Of a DNA stretch of 64,000 bases, positions 1 through 9,745 are shown piece by piece. This stretch comes from Dethiobacter sp. (lineage in GTDB: Bacteria; Bacillota; Dethiobacteria; DTU022; UBA8154). Each line of letters opens with the position of its first letter. Positions within the stretch are counted from its first letter, which is position 1. The position numbers and the translations under genes are program-made. The stretch is taken from contig QZJM01000070.1 in NCBI GenBank assembly GCA_003605065.1, forward strand, positions 6,382 through 70,381. Direction: 5' to 3'. The notes under the pieces were generated by a model. That model was not told where the DNA came from, ran no database searches, and worked only from the letters and a program-made list of their open reading frames with translations.

Positions 1-182
1 CCGTTCTGGAAATGCTTGAAGAAGAAGGAATTAAAAATGTAAGTATCAAGCGCCTGGGATTTCCGGATCCTTTTACAGGACAGGGAAGCAGGGCTCATCT
101 ATTGAACCTTCACGGCCTTTCCGGTGAGGGGATCGCTCGTGAGGCTCTAAAAATCTGCCAGGTGAGGGAAAAGGTGCGGTAA
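1..182 (+). CDS. dxs: 1-deoxy-D-xylulose-5-phosphate synthase, C-terminal fragment (5' truncated by window edge)
   Basis: Frame from nt 3 reads VLEMLEEEGIKNVSIKRLGFPDPFTGQGSRAHLLNLHGLSGEGIAREALK... to TAA 180-182; resembles the DXS C-terminus (RLGxPD...GSR...L...GL); directly upstream of tlyA as usual. Confidence 0.85.
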   Translation, partial: VLEMLEEEGIKNVSIKRLGFPDPFTGQGSRAHLLNLHGLSGEGIAREALKICQVREKVR

Positions 183-185
183 GAA

Positions 186-1013
186 ATGGCCGGTGGAAAA
201 GAAAAAAAGCGTCTTGACGTGCTGCTTATCGAAAATAAGCTCGTTGTCACGCGAAGCAGGGCCAGGGCTGAAATTATGGCCGGAAATGTTTTTGTTGACG
301 GGAAAAAAAAGGATAAGCCCGGCGATGTTGTTTCCTCCGGGGCTACAATTGAACTTCGTGGCAATAAAAACCCCTATGTCAGCAGGGGGGGGCTAAAACT
401 CAAGAAAGCCCTCGAGGAATTTGCTGTTAACCTGGCAGGGAAAATTGTTCTTGATATCGGCGCCTCCACGGGAGGTTTTACTCATTGTTCCCTGGAGCAT
501 GGCGCCGGAAAGGTCTATGCCCTGGATGTGGGTTATGGGCAGTTGGCGTGGGAACTGCGTAACGATCCCCGGGTGATAAGTATGGAACGAATTAACGTGC
601 GTAATTTAAAAAAGGAAGATCTTTCTGAACGCCCTGATTTAGCCACTATAGATGTTTCCTTTATTTCTTTGCGGAAGGTTTTTCCCGTTGTTGCCTCGTT
701 ATCTATCAAAGAAGTTATTTGCCTGGTTAAACCCCAGTTTGAAGCTGCTCCTGGTCAGGTTGGCAAAAAGGGTGTGATAAGAGACATTGCTGTGCACCAA
801 GAGGTGTTAAGGGGCGTTGTGAAGGCTGCCCAGGACCTGTCATATACAGTAAAAGGGCTTACTTATTCACCTGTCAAAGGGCCACAGGGCAACATAGAAT
901 TTTTTTTATACCTTGTTAAAAACGGTGAGGAAAAACAAGCAGAACAAGAAAAGGAAAAAGACTGCAGGGTTTTAATAAATGATGTGGTTTTCCAGGCCCA
1001 CTCATTTTTGTGA
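186..1013 (+). CDS. tlyA: TlyA family rRNA methyltransferase (S4 + FtsJ-like)
   Basis: N-terminal KKRLDVLL S4 domain, YVSRGGLKL, LDIGASTGGFT SAM-binding motif, DVSFIS, LVKPQFE. Confidence 0.95.
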   Translation: MAGGKEKKRLDVLLIENKLVVTRSRARAEIMAGNVFVDGKKKDKPGDVVSSGATIELRGNKNPYVSRGGLKLKKALEEFAVNLAGKIVLDIGASTGGFTHCSLEHGAGKVYALDVGYGQLAWELRNDPRVISMERINVRNLKKEDLSERPDLATIDVSFISLRKVFPVVASLSIKEVICLVKPQFEAAPGQVGKKGVIRDIAVHQEVLRGVVKAAQDLSYTVKGLTYSPVKGPQGNIEFFLYLVKNGEEKQAEQEKEKDCRVLINDVVFQAHSFL

Positions 1014-1062
1014 TTTGCCGGTAAAAATATTTAAAGAAAAAAGTGAAGGAGGAGCGAGATTC

Positions 1063-1911
1063 TTGTTTAAAGGGATTGGGGTAGTTCCCAACTGGCAAAA
1101 AGAGCATATACATGATGTTATTGAGAAAATAAAGGGATTTTTCAGTACATACAACGTGCCCCTAGATATTGTCCCTGAAAAAGATCCGCTTTTGCACCTT
1201 TCTTCACCGGTACAGGAGATTCAGGAATGGCCTCAGAAGGTAGATCTGGTAATCGTCCTGGGCGGCGACGGAACTTTTTTACGGGCGGCGCGGGAACTTG
1301 CTTATACAGGTCTTCCCATTCTGGGAATAAACCTGGGACATAAGGGATTTTTGGCCGAAATAGAAGTTGACAAACTGACTGTTTCTCTGGAAAAACTTGT
1401 TAACAACAATTATTACCTGGGTGAACGCATGATGCTGCAAACCGAGGTCCTGAGAGAGGGTAAGCATTTTGCCTCTTCTATCTCTTTAAATGACGTAATT
1501 ATTTCCAGGGGACCTTTTTCCAGGATTATCAAACTGGATACCTATATTAACGATCATTTTATGGAAAGTTATCCCGGAGATGGCATTATTATCGCCAGTC
1601 CCACCGGTTCTACGGGCTATTCACTGTCAGCCGGGGGTCCGGTTGTTAATCCGGCTTTGAACATTCTGCTGATAACGCCTATTTGCCCCCATCTTCTTTA
1701 CCAGCGTTCCGTTGTTGTTAATAAAGATGACGTGGTAACAGTGGTTGTGGCCACAAAAAATGCCGATATATTTTTAACCCTGGACGGGCAGGAAGGTTTT
1801 GCCTTAAATCATAAAGACTGTATCAAGGTGAAAAGGGCTGAATGTGTTACCAAGGTAATAATTTTCCCGGAAAGTAATTTTTATAAACTTTTGCATGATA
1901 AATTAATGTAG
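1063..1911 (+). CDS. nadK: NAD(+) kinase
   Basis: GGDGT, GINLGHKGFL, NDV and GDGIIIASPTGSTGYSLSAGGP motifs; start moved from 979 to TTG 1063 behind AAGGAGGAG RBS. Confidence 0.95.
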   Translation: MFKGIGVVPNWQKEHIHDVIEKIKGFFSTYNVPLDIVPEKDPLLHLSSPVQEIQEWPQKVDLVIVLGGDGTFLRAARELAYTGLPILGINLGHKGFLAEIEVDKLTVSLEKLVNNNYYLGERMMLQTEVLREGKHFASSISLNDVIISRGPFSRIIKLDTYINDHFMESYPGDGIIIASPTGSTGYSLSAGGPVVNPALNILLITPICPHLLYQRSVVVNKDDVVTVVVATKNADIFLTLDGQEGFALNHKDCIKVKRAECVTKVIIFPESNFYKLLHDKLM

Positions 1912-1934
1912 AAATGTTTCCCGGGGGTGTTTTG

Positions 1935-3623
1935 ATGCTCTCCTATCTGCATATGCAAAATTTTGCCCTTATCGATGGTCTGTCCCTGGAGTTTTTTCCG
2001 GGAATGAACGTGTTAACGGGGGAAACAGGTGCGGGAAAATCTATTCTTATTGGAGCTATTAGCCTCATCTTAGGTGAGAGGGCTTCCAGTGAGCAGGTGA
2101 GAACAGGAACCGGACAGGCACTTATTGAAGCAGTATTTTCTGTCTCACAATGTTCCGGGCAGCTGCAAACAATCTTGGAAACAAACGGCCTGACATTAGC
2201 AGACGAATTAATAATTTCCAGGGAAATATCCCGCAGCGGCCGAAACACCTGCCGTGTAAACGGGAGATTGGTTCCCCTGGGGACGTTAAAAGAGATAGGA
2301 AGTGTCCTTGTTGATCTTCACGGGCAGCACAGCCACCAGTCCCTTTTAAAACCGGAGCAGCATATCTTCCTGTTGGATGAATTCGGCGATGAAGAACTGC
2401 GTAAAGAAAAACAGAGCCTGGAGTCTTTATTCGAACTCTGGCAAAAGGTAAGGCAAAAGCTAAAGTCCCGGGGAATATCCCCCGAGGAAAGAACCGGCCA
2501 ATTGGAATTGCTTCGTTTTCAAAGGGATGAAATTTTAAAAGCGGCCATAAGCCCGGGTGAAGAGGAGAGTTTAAGCCAGAGGCTGCTGCTGCTTAACAAC
2601 TTGGAAAGGCTCCTTTCTATGGCTAACAGGGCTTATTCCGAAATATACGGCGGTGAAGAGGCAAATGCAAATCCTGTTTTGGATAGAATAAATAGTATCA
2701 AGGAAGAAATGTCCTCATTGCTTAAAATTGACAGCAGCCTTTCTTCTTTTATCAGTACCCTGGAAGAGATCAGCTCAAATCTGGCAGAACTGGGCCACGA
2801 GCTTTTCAATTACCTGGACAAGCTTGCTTATTTCCCTGAAGAGATAAAGGAAATAGAAAGCCGTCTGGAGCTTTACCGACGCCTGAAGAAAAAGTACGGG
2901 ACAACGGTAGAGGAAATCCTTTGCTTTGCTGAAAAGTGCCAGGAAGAAATAACCGTCCTGGAAAACAGCGAAGAAGAAGCCCTGCGGTTAGAGAAGGAAT
3001 CAAAGGCACTCTGGCAGGATATTGAACAGTGTGCCCTGTTTTTAACAAAAAAAAGAAAACAAACGGCTCAAAAACTGGAGCTGCTGGCCAAAGAAGTTTT
3101 GGGGGAGCTTGGTATGGAAAACGCCCAATTTAGTGTTAACTTTATGGAAAGGGAAACCCCGGTGCGCCAGGGAAAAGAAGAAATCGAATTTTTATTTTCA
3201 GCTAATCCGGGGGAGCCGCCGAAACCACTGGCACGCATTATCTCTGCTGGAGAAATGGCCAGGGTGATGCTGGCTTTAAAAAGTATTTTAGCCGAGCAGG
3301 ACCATGTCCCCACTTTAATATTTGATGAAATTGACAGCGGAATCGGGGGCAAAATAATACAAAAAGTTGCGGAAAAAATGGCCAGATTAAGCAGGAAACA
3401 CCAAATTATTTGCGTTACCCACAGTCCGCAAATTGCCAGCGCCGCAAATCACCAGTATTATATTTTTAAAGAAATTGCCGAAGGTCGAACTATTACCTGC
3501 GTTAATTACCTGGAAGAGGAAAAAAGGGTACTGGAAATTGCCAGGCTGTTAGATGGTGGAAGAGTTAGCGAAATTACAAGGAAACATGCCGAGGAACTTT
3601 TAAATAAAGCACGTGATTTATAG
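1935..3623 (+). CDS. recN: DNA repair protein RecN
   Basis: Walker A GETGAGKS, DLHGQH, signature-like SAGEMARVML, Walker B LIFDEID, CVTHSPQIA; start set at ATG 1935 behind GGGGGTG. Confidence 0.96.
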   Translation: MLSYLHMQNFALIDGLSLEFFPGMNVLTGETGAGKSILIGAISLILGERASSEQVRTGTGQALIEAVFSVSQCSGQLQTILETNGLTLADELIISREISRSGRNTCRVNGRLVPLGTLKEIGSVLVDLHGQHSHQSLLKPEQHIFLLDEFGDEELRKEKQSLESLFELWQKVRQKLKSRGISPEERTGQLELLRFQRDEILKAAISPGEEESLSQRLLLLNNLERLLSMANRAYSEIYGGEEANANPVLDRINSIKEEMSSLLKIDSSLSSFISTLEEISSNLAELGHELFNYLDKLAYFPEEIKEIESRLELYRRLKKKYGTTVEEILCFAEKCQEEITVLENSEEEALRLEKESKALWQDIEQCALFLTKKRKQTAQKLELLAKEVLGELGMENAQFSVNFMERETPVRQGKEEIEFLFSANPGEPPKPLARIISAGEMARVMLALKSILAEQDHVPTLIFDEIDSGIGGKIIQKVAEKMARLSRKHQIICVTHSPQIASAANHQYYIFKEIAEGRTITCVNYLEEEKRVLEIARLLDGGRVSEITRKHAEELLNKARDL

Positions 3624-3626
3624 ATT

Positions 3627-3653
3627 AAGACGGGAAGAATCCCGTCTTTTTTT
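3627..3653 (+). terminator. Rho-independent terminator after recN
   Basis: AAGACGGGA-AGAA-TCCCGTCTT followed by T run. Confidence 0.85.
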
Positions 3654-3702
3654 AATTGTTATTTATGCCAAATAAAACATGTAGATTATGTAAACAAAAA
3701 AG

Positions 3703-3733
3703 GCATAAAAAAAATCTCCCGGAGGCAATTTAA
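3703..3733 (+). promoter_or_regulatory. Putative forespore (sigF/sigG-type) promoter of spoIVB
   Basis: GCATA (3703-3707), 16 nt, GGCAATTTAA (3724-3733); spoIVB is sigF/sigG-controlled in B. subtilis. Confidence 0.55.
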
Positions 3734-3778
3734 AGTTGCTCTTTAAAACTTTGTATTACTTCGGGAGGTTAGGCAATT

Positions 3779-5092
3779 ATGTGCAACTACAGAAAAAGAA
3801 ACATACTTTACATCATAGCAGTTTTTTTAGTATTATTTGCTCTATTACTGCCTCTGGAAATAAATATTAAAAACCTGGACAAAAATCTTCGACTTTTCGA
3901 AGGGCAGGAACAAAATTTTCAGATTAAGTTTCCCCTTGATCTCTATATCAGGGCGGATAAAGACGGTATACTGGATATCAACGGAAACCCGATAAATAAC
4001 AATGATTATAATCGACTGGCTTTTCATAATGATATTTCTTTGCGGGGTTTGAGCAGAGGAAGTGTAAACCTGGAGTTAAGTCTTTTCAAGGGGCTCATTC
4101 CCATTAGACAGCTTACAGTAAATGTGTTGCCGGAAATGAGGCTGGTTCCAGGCGGCCATTCTATTGGCATAAAACTTTGCGATGAAGGTGTCATTGTAGT
4201 GGGATATTTTCACCTGGAAAAAGGAAACAGTTTTTTTTCTCCTGCTGAAGAGAGCGGTGTATTAATAGGAGATGTTATTGTTGCCGTTAATGAGATCAGC
4301 ATTAAAGATATCGACATGGCTGCGGAAATCATTAAAACAGAGTCCGAAAAAGGGACTTTAAATTTTACTTTAAAAAGACGTGGCCAGGAACTGAAAATAA
4401 ATGTAACTCCCTATTTATGTCCCAACAGTCGGGAGCGCCGTATCGGGCTTTATATAAGAGATACGGCCGCAGGGGTGGGAACATTATCCTTTTATGATAA
4501 GGAGAATGAATGCTATGGTGCACTGGGTCATATTATAACAGATCTAGATACAAATGCTGCACTGGAAATCAGTGATGGTTTAATTGTCAGAGCGGATGTT
4601 GTTAATATAAAAATGGCTCAGCGCGGCCAGCCCGGGGAAAAAGCGGGGATTTTCCGGGAAGGAAAGGATATCCTGGGAACAATTAATAAAAATACAATTT
4701 TTGGTATATATGGTAAATTAAAAAATATCGAAGACTGTATAACGCCTTACCCTGATGCCATTCCTCTGGGTCTTGCCTCTCAGGTTGAACCAGGACCTGC
4801 GGAAATGCTTACTGTTATTGAAGGAAACAAAATACAAAGTTTTAAAATAGAAATCGAAAAAGTTAGTAATCAGAATAAACCTGTTGATAAAGGAATAATT
4901 TTAAGGATTGTCGATGAAAATTTATTAGGTATTACTGGCGGTATTGTACAGGGTATGAGCGGAAGCCCCATTATTCAAGACGGGCGACTCGTAGGGGTGG
5001 TAACCCACGTATTTGTCAATGATCCCAGTAGAGGGTATGGTATTTTTGCTGAATGGATGGTAAAAGAAATGGAATTTTTACCGGTCTCTTAA
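3779..5092 (+). CDS. spoIVB: Stage IV sporulation protein B (PDZ serine peptidase S55)
   Basis: PGGHSIG, PDZ, GLYIRD.AAGVGTL, ALGHII, GIVQGMSGSPII catalytic Ser motif; between recN and spo0A. Confidence 0.96.
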   Translation: MCNYRKRNILYIIAVFLVLFALLLPLEINIKNLDKNLRLFEGQEQNFQIKFPLDLYIRADKDGILDINGNPINNNDYNRLAFHNDISLRGLSRGSVNLELSLFKGLIPIRQLTVNVLPEMRLVPGGHSIGIKLCDEGVIVVGYFHLEKGNSFFSPAEESGVLIGDVIVAVNEISIKDIDMAAEIIKTESEKGTLNFTLKRRGQELKINVTPYLCPNSRERRIGLYIRDTAAGVGTLSFYDKENECYGALGHIITDLDTNAALEISDGLIVRADVVNIKMAQRGQPGEKAGIFREGKDILGTINKNTIFGIYGKLKNIEDCITPYPDAIPLGLASQVEPGPAEMLTVIEGNKIQSFKIEIEKVSNQNKPVDKGIILRIVDENLLGITGGIVQGMSGSPIIQDGRLVGVVTHVFVNDPSRGYGIFAEWMVKEMEFLPVS

Positions 5093-5186
5093 AAAGCTGA
5101 AATGAATATTGTTGTTTCCTTAGGATGATTCTCGTATTATTTTTTAAAAAAAATCAATAATCCAAAATATTATTTTGTAGAAAAGA

Positions 5187-5211
5187 AGGAACTCCTTTCC
5201 AATTGTCGAAT
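5187..5211 (+). promoter_or_regulatory. sigH-type promoter of spo0A with overlapping 0A box
   Basis: AGGA (5187-5190), 17 nt, GAAT (5208-5211); TGTCGAA 0A box at 5204-5210. Confidence 0.7.
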
Positions 5212-5250
5212 AATATTATAGCTATCAATTAAATAAAGGGGGTTTCATTA

Positions 5251-6045
5251 ATGCTCAAAATTTTAATAGCCGATGACAATCGGGAATTTAATGAACTTTT
5301 AACGGAATATTTCCATAAAGAAGAGGATCTGGATGTGATCGGCAATGCCTATAATGGTAAGGAGGCCTTGGAATTAGTAAGGGAAATAAAACCCGATATT
5401 ATTCTGTTAGACATTATTATGCCTCACCTTGACGGAATCGGGGTATTAGAAGAACTTAATAAAATGGATTTATTCCCGAAGCCGAAAGTAATTATGCTGA
5501 CAGCTTTTGGTCATGAAAATGTTACACAAAAAGCAGTGGAACTGGGAGCCGCATATTACATATTAAAACCCTTTAACCTGGAGATTCTTGTGGAAAGAAT
5601 CCGTCAGCTTGGCAAAGTGCAGGCATCCAGCCAGAGAAGCACATCGCCGGTTGTTAAAAATATTCCTGCCAAAAAAGATGATTTTATCGAAGAGATAACC
5701 CAGATAATCCATGAAATCGGTATACCTGCTCATATTAAAGGTTATCTTTATCTTCGTGATGCTATTGCTATGGTGGCAGAAGAGATCGAATTACTTGGTT
5801 CGGTTACCAAGATCCTCTATCCCCGTATTGCCCAAAAATTTGAAACTACCCCCAGCCGGGTGGAACGGGCTATCCGTCATGCCATTGAAGTGGCCTGGGC
5901 CAGGAACAACATTGAAACCATCAAGAAATTTTTTGGTTATACCATTAATACGGAAAAAGGAAAACCCACAAATTCTGAGTTCATTGCCCTCGTGGCCGAT
6001 CGAATTCGTTTGAAAAACAAGAAATATGAATATAAAGCACTCTAG
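5251..6045 (+). CDS. spo0A: Sporulation master regulator Spo0A
   Basis: Receiver ([21 protein letters not shown]) plus C-terminal [14 protein letters not shown] and [27 protein letters not shown]. Confidence 0.98.
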   Translation: MLKILIADDNREFNELLTEYFHKEEDLDVIGNAYNGKEALELVREIKPDIILLDIIMPHLDGIGVLEELNKMDLFPKPKVIMLTAFGHENVTQKAVELGAAYYILKPFNLEILVERIRQLGKVQASSQRSTSPVVKNIPAKKDDFIEEITQIIHEIGIPAHIKGYLYLRDAIAMVAEEIELLGSVTKILYPRIAQKFETTPSRVERAIRHAIEVAWARNNIETIKKFFGYTINTEKGKPTNSEFIALVADRIRLKNKKYEYKAL

Positions 6046-6113
6046 GCAATTTTGAGCGGAAAGTTGCCATTGCTTTAAACAAGTATTAACTCATACATAT
6101 ATAATTATTTTTT

Positions 6114-6137
6114 AAAAAGGCGTTTTACGCCTTTTTT
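6114..6137 (+). terminator. Rho-independent terminator after spo0A
   Basis: AAAAAGGCG-TTTTA-CGCCTTTTT. Confidence 0.8.
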
Positions 6138-6252
6138 ATTTACCTTTTTATTATAAAGTACTTATTTTTAAACATACTAACAAAAGAAGCTGAGCTGAAC
6201 CTGGACTACGCTACTACAAACTTGTGCTATTTTCATACCAAAGGGTGTTTAA

Positions 6253-7371
6253 ATGAACAGGACTTTAACCGGCACAATCAGAATGGACCGCAAGACAAAA
6301 ATGCTTTGTAAAAGACTAAGGCCCGGAGATATTGCCCTTATTGCCCACAGGAACCTTGATGAACTGGCGGCACAGGACCTTGTGGAAAAAGGCGTTAAAG
6401 CCGTAATTAATGCCTACAATACCTTTAGCGGAGAATATCCCGCCCGGGGCACCAAATATTTACTGGATAAGGGCGTCTATGTTTTGGATAGCGTAGGAGA
6501 TGGAATTTTTTCCAGGTTATCAGAGGGAGAAGTTGTTACCATCACAGGTAATTCGATTATTTCCTGCGGTCAAAATCTGGGAAAAGGAAGAATTATTGAA
6601 AACAATTTTTTGCAGAAAAAATTTTATTTGGCCGAAAAAAATCTCAAACACCAGTTGGACTTATTTGTACAAAATACCATGGAATATGCCCGGAAAGAAA
6701 AAGATTTGATTTTGGGCAACCTGGAAATACCCCACCTAAAAACCAGTCTTTTAGGCAAGCATGTTTTAATTGTCGTAAGAGGAAAAAATTATAAAAAAGA
6801 CTTGCGGGCCATACGTTCATATATCAAGGAAGTTAAGCCTGTTCTTATTGGTGTTGATGGTGGAGGGGACGCTCTTTGTGAAATGGGGTTCAGGCCCCAT
6901 CTAATTATAGGCGATATGGACAGCGTTGAGGATGGCACTTTAAAAAAAGCGGGAGAGATTATTGTTCATGCTTATCCAGATGGTACGGCACCGGGAATGG
7001 AGCGCATTAACCTCCTGGGATTGGAAGCCAGGCTTTTTCCTGCACCCGGCACCAGTGAAGATTTGGCTTTCTTAATTGCCTATGAAAAAAAAGCCGAGCT
7101 CATCGTGGCCGTAGGTTCTCATTCCCATATGATTGATTTTCTGGAAAAAGGACGTAAAGGAATGGCTTCCACTTTTCTGGTACGTTTAAAAATTGGTGAT
7201 AAGCTGGTTGATGCCAGGGGCCTGGCTCATTTATACCGTGGAGGAGTAAGATGGCAGTATTTATCGGCCCTGCTGGCGGCAGCAGCCTTTCCTGTTGCTG
7301 TCCTGACCATATTATCACCTCTGGTTCGCCACTTTTTTTATCTTCTTTCCTGGAGATTCGGACTTCATTGA
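6253..7371 (+). CDS. steA: SteA-like protein (thiamine pyrophosphokinase-like domain, C-terminal TM)
   Basis: DRKTKMLCKRLRPGDIALIAH.NLD, LIGVDGGGDAL, IIGDMDSV, GTSEDLA, FLEKGRKGMASTFLVRLK, C-terminal hydrophobic helix. Confidence 0.85.
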   Translation: MNRTLTGTIRMDRKTKMLCKRLRPGDIALIAHRNLDELAAQDLVEKGVKAVINAYNTFSGEYPARGTKYLLDKGVYVLDSVGDGIFSRLSEGEVVTITGNSIISCGQNLGKGRIIENNFLQKKFYLAEKNLKHQLDLFVQNTMEYARKEKDLILGNLEIPHLKTSLLGKHVLIVVRGKNYKKDLRAIRSYIKEVKPVLIGVDGGGDALCEMGFRPHLIIGDMDSVEDGTLKKAGEIIVHAYPDGTAPGMERINLLGLEARLFPAPGTSEDLAFLIAYEKKAELIVAVGSHSHMIDFLEKGRKGMASTFLVRLKIGDKLVDARGLAHLYRGGVRWQYLSALLAAAAFPVAVLTILSPLVRHFFYLLSWRFGLH

Positions 7372-7399
7372 AAACCGTCAAAGAAGGCGTTTACTGTAT

Positions 7400-8233
7400 A
7401 TGGACCAACAACAAAACCACATTATATCTTTAATCGCTGTTTTTTTAGCGCTGGGGATAGGAATTCTCATAGGTGCCTCTATGGGGGAAAATGCCCTTGT
7501 TTTGCATCAAATTGCCTTTATAGAGGAGCTAAAGAATGAGATCCTGCTTTACAGGAAAGAAATTGATACGCAATTTCTTTCTGCTTCACAATTAAGAGAG
7601 GAACTTTTGTTATGGGAGTCCCTGGAGGAAGAATATCTTAATCCTTTGCTGTTGGAAAATAAACTAAAAAACGTAGAGATAAAAGTTATCGCCCAGGACG
7701 ACTTAACGAATGGGCTGGAAGAGTTTTTAAATACAAGCGGTTGCTCTTATCTTGCCTTCGTTTTTGCAGGAACAAGTACTTGGCGGGATTCTTTTTTACT
7801 GGAACAACTGTCCGGCCAGATGATACGACCGGTGGGAAAGGGTTTGGAATTATCATGGCAGGATATGTTAGAGCATATTTTGCTGGAGGGGGAGACCGAT
7901 CAAATTAACGAAATTACCAGATATATGGAAGAAAATAAACTGCTCAGGATAGTAAAAGGGCGAACCTTTTCTTTCCCGCCGGAGAAGGGCTCAACGCTTT
8001 ACGGTGAGGAGATTTTTATCATAGCAGGGTCTTTGGACCCCTTCTTCTATGACATTATGGAAAGTTTGAAGAGGCAGGGAAAAGATATTGTTCAGGTAAT
8101 CGATCAGGGCCATATCATGGAGATAACAGGAACTGCTGCTTCCTTTCCTGTCATTAATAATGTACATAAATTTTACAACAGGATCAAGCTGCTGGAACTG
8201 CTTCAGGAGTTTGCACAGGAGGGGATCGGATAG
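7400..8233 (+). CDS. SteB/MctB-like (DUF3186, annotated 'copper transporter') membrane-anchored protein, divergent
   Basis: N-terminal HIISLIAVFLALGIGILIG TM followed by a predicted coiled coil; directly after steA. Confidence 0.75.
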   Translation: MDQQQNHIISLIAVFLALGIGILIGASMGENALVLHQIAFIEELKNEILLYRKEIDTQFLSASQLREELLLWESLEEEYLNPLLLENKLKNVEIKVIAQDDLTNGLEEFLNTSGCSYLAFVFAGTSTWRDSFLLEQLSGQMIRPVGKGLELSWQDMLEHILLEGETDQINEITRYMEENKLLRIVKGRTFSFPPEKGSTLYGEEIFIIAGSLDPFFYDIMESLKRQGKDIVQVIDQGHIMEITGTAASFPVINNVHKFYNRIKLLELLQEFAQEGIG

Positions 8234-8234
8234 G

Positions 8235-8894
8235 ATGCAGGTATCGGCCATAGTACCCGCTTATAATGAAGAAGGTTGGGTCGGAAAAACGGTACTGGCT
8301 CTCCAGGAACTGCCGGAGATCGGCGAGATAATTGTGGTTGATGACGGTTCTACGGATAAAACCTCTTTAGAAGCATGGTACGCCGGAGCTACCGTCTGTC
8401 GTTTTTCCCGGAACAGGGGGAAAAGCCAGGCCATGCGGGATGGAGCCGATCTGGCGCGGGGGGAGATTCTGGCTTTTGTAGATGCGGATCTGGGGGAAAC
8501 AGCCCTGGAGTTTCGACAACTTATTTCATGCGTGTTGGCTGATCACGCCGATATGGTTATTGCTTCTTTTAAATCATCAAGGAAGGCGGGTTTGGGGCTT
8601 GTAAAATCCCTGGCTTACTGGGGTATCCGATATTATACGGGTCAGGAAATGGTTGCTCCTCTTTCCGGCCAGCGTGTTATGAAGCGCTCCCTGTGGGAAT
8701 CTTTAAATTTTCAGGCGGATGGTTTTGCCGCCGAAGTGGCCCTTACCATTGAAAGCCTGAGAAGGGGGTTCAGGGTTAAAGAGGTTCCTTTGGAAATGAG
8801 CCATCGCGCCTGGGGAAACGATTATGAAGCCTTTTTTCACCGGGGAGGCCAGTTTTATGATGTAATAAAATTATTCATACAAGGGAAAATATAG
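8235..8894 (+). CDS. GT2 family glycosyltransferase
   Basis: IVPAYNEE, IIVVDDGSTD, NRGKSQA, FVDADL, PLSGQR motifs; start moved from 8160 to ATG 8235. Confidence 0.92.
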   Translation: MQVSAIVPAYNEEGWVGKTVLALQELPEIGEIIVVDDGSTDKTSLEAWYAGATVCRFSRNRGKSQAMRDGADLARGEILAFVDADLGETALEFRQLISCVLADHADMVIASFKSSRKAGLGLVKSLAYWGIRYYTGQEMVAPLSGQRVMKRSLWESLNFQADGFAAEVALTIESLRRGFRVKEVPLEMSHRAWGNDYEAFFHRGGQFYDVIKLFIQGKI

Positions 8895-8913
8895 ATTTTA
8901 GAGGTACAGGATA

Positions 8914-9741
8914 ATGACAGAAAACATTTTGCTGTCCTTTATCATGGTATTGATTCCCGTAACATTGACTTATTTTTTAACTCCCTTTTATATTAAACTG
9001 CAGGCTAAAAGAAAAATTACAACAATTAATTTCCGTGGGAAAAGAGTTGTTACAACCGGCGGAATTATTTTACTGGTGGTTTTATGGGCTGTACAGTCCG
9101 TTTATTATTTTTATCCCGGAAAAGAACTGTTTCCCCGGCAGCTTATGTTTCTTTACTTAAGCGGGATTGCACTTTTGGGGTTGGCGGATGATCTGTGGGG
9201 CGACAAAAAAAGTAAGGGTTTTCGCGGGCATTTTAAAATATTGTGGGAAAAAAAGGTGGTTTCTACAGGCCTTTATAAAGCTGTGGGCGGTTTTTTGTTC
9301 GGCACGGTAGTTTCCGCCCTGGCAGCAGGCGGTTCCTGGCCGGAATGGCTCTTAAAAGGAATATTCCTGGCCCTTTTTTCCAATTTTTTTAATCTGCTCG
9401 ATACCAGGCCTGCCAGGGCATCGAAAGTTTTTTTACTTTTTTCCCTGGTTTTTATGCTTGTTTCCAGGGAACAGGTTTTAGTGGTGTTTCCCCTGTGGAG
9501 CGCTCTTTATATTTACCTGTTCTGGGAAATGGATATGCAGATCATGTTGGGTGATACCGGCGCCTATTTGCTGGGGGGTGCCCTTGGTTTTCCCATTATG
9601 CTGAGAGTTACGCCAGGATGGCTCTTATTCCTTAATATCTTGCTGCTTGGTTTACACTACTTTTGTGAAAAATTTTCCTTAAATAAGGTTATGGAAAGTA
9701 CAAAGATTTTTACCTGGAAGGACCCTAGAGGAGAGATTTAA
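8914..9741 (+). CDS. MraY/WecA-like (glycosyltransferase family 4) polytopic membrane protein
   Basis: Multiple TM segments; TTGG, LLGLADD, NFFNLLDTRPARA, IMLGDTGAYLLG motifs. Confidence 0.8.
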   Translation: MTENILLSFIMVLIPVTLTYFLTPFYIKLQAKRKITTINFRGKRVVTTGGIILLVVLWAVQSVYYFYPGKELFPRQLMFLYLSGIALLGLADDLWGDKKSKGFRGHFKILWEKKVVSTGLYKAVGGFLFGTVVSALAAGGSWPEWLLKGIFLALFSNFFNLLDTRPARASKVFLLFSLVFMLVSREQVLVVFPLWSALYIYLFWEMDMQIMLGDTGAYLLGGALGFPIMLRVTPGWLLFLNILLLGLHYFCEKFSLNKVMESTKIFTWKDPRGEI

Positions 9742-9745
9742 AAAA

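Noticed and set aside
1-185. OLE RNA, often linked to the dxs-tlyA-nadK-recN locus
   Set aside because: It would lie upstream of dxs, outside this window; nothing here supports it
979-1062. Upstream start of nadK at 979 (and similar extensions at 8160, 15143, 31988, 42361, 49811, 57664, 62448)
   Set aside because: They overlap upstream genes, promoters or terminators; better RBS-start pairs lie downstream
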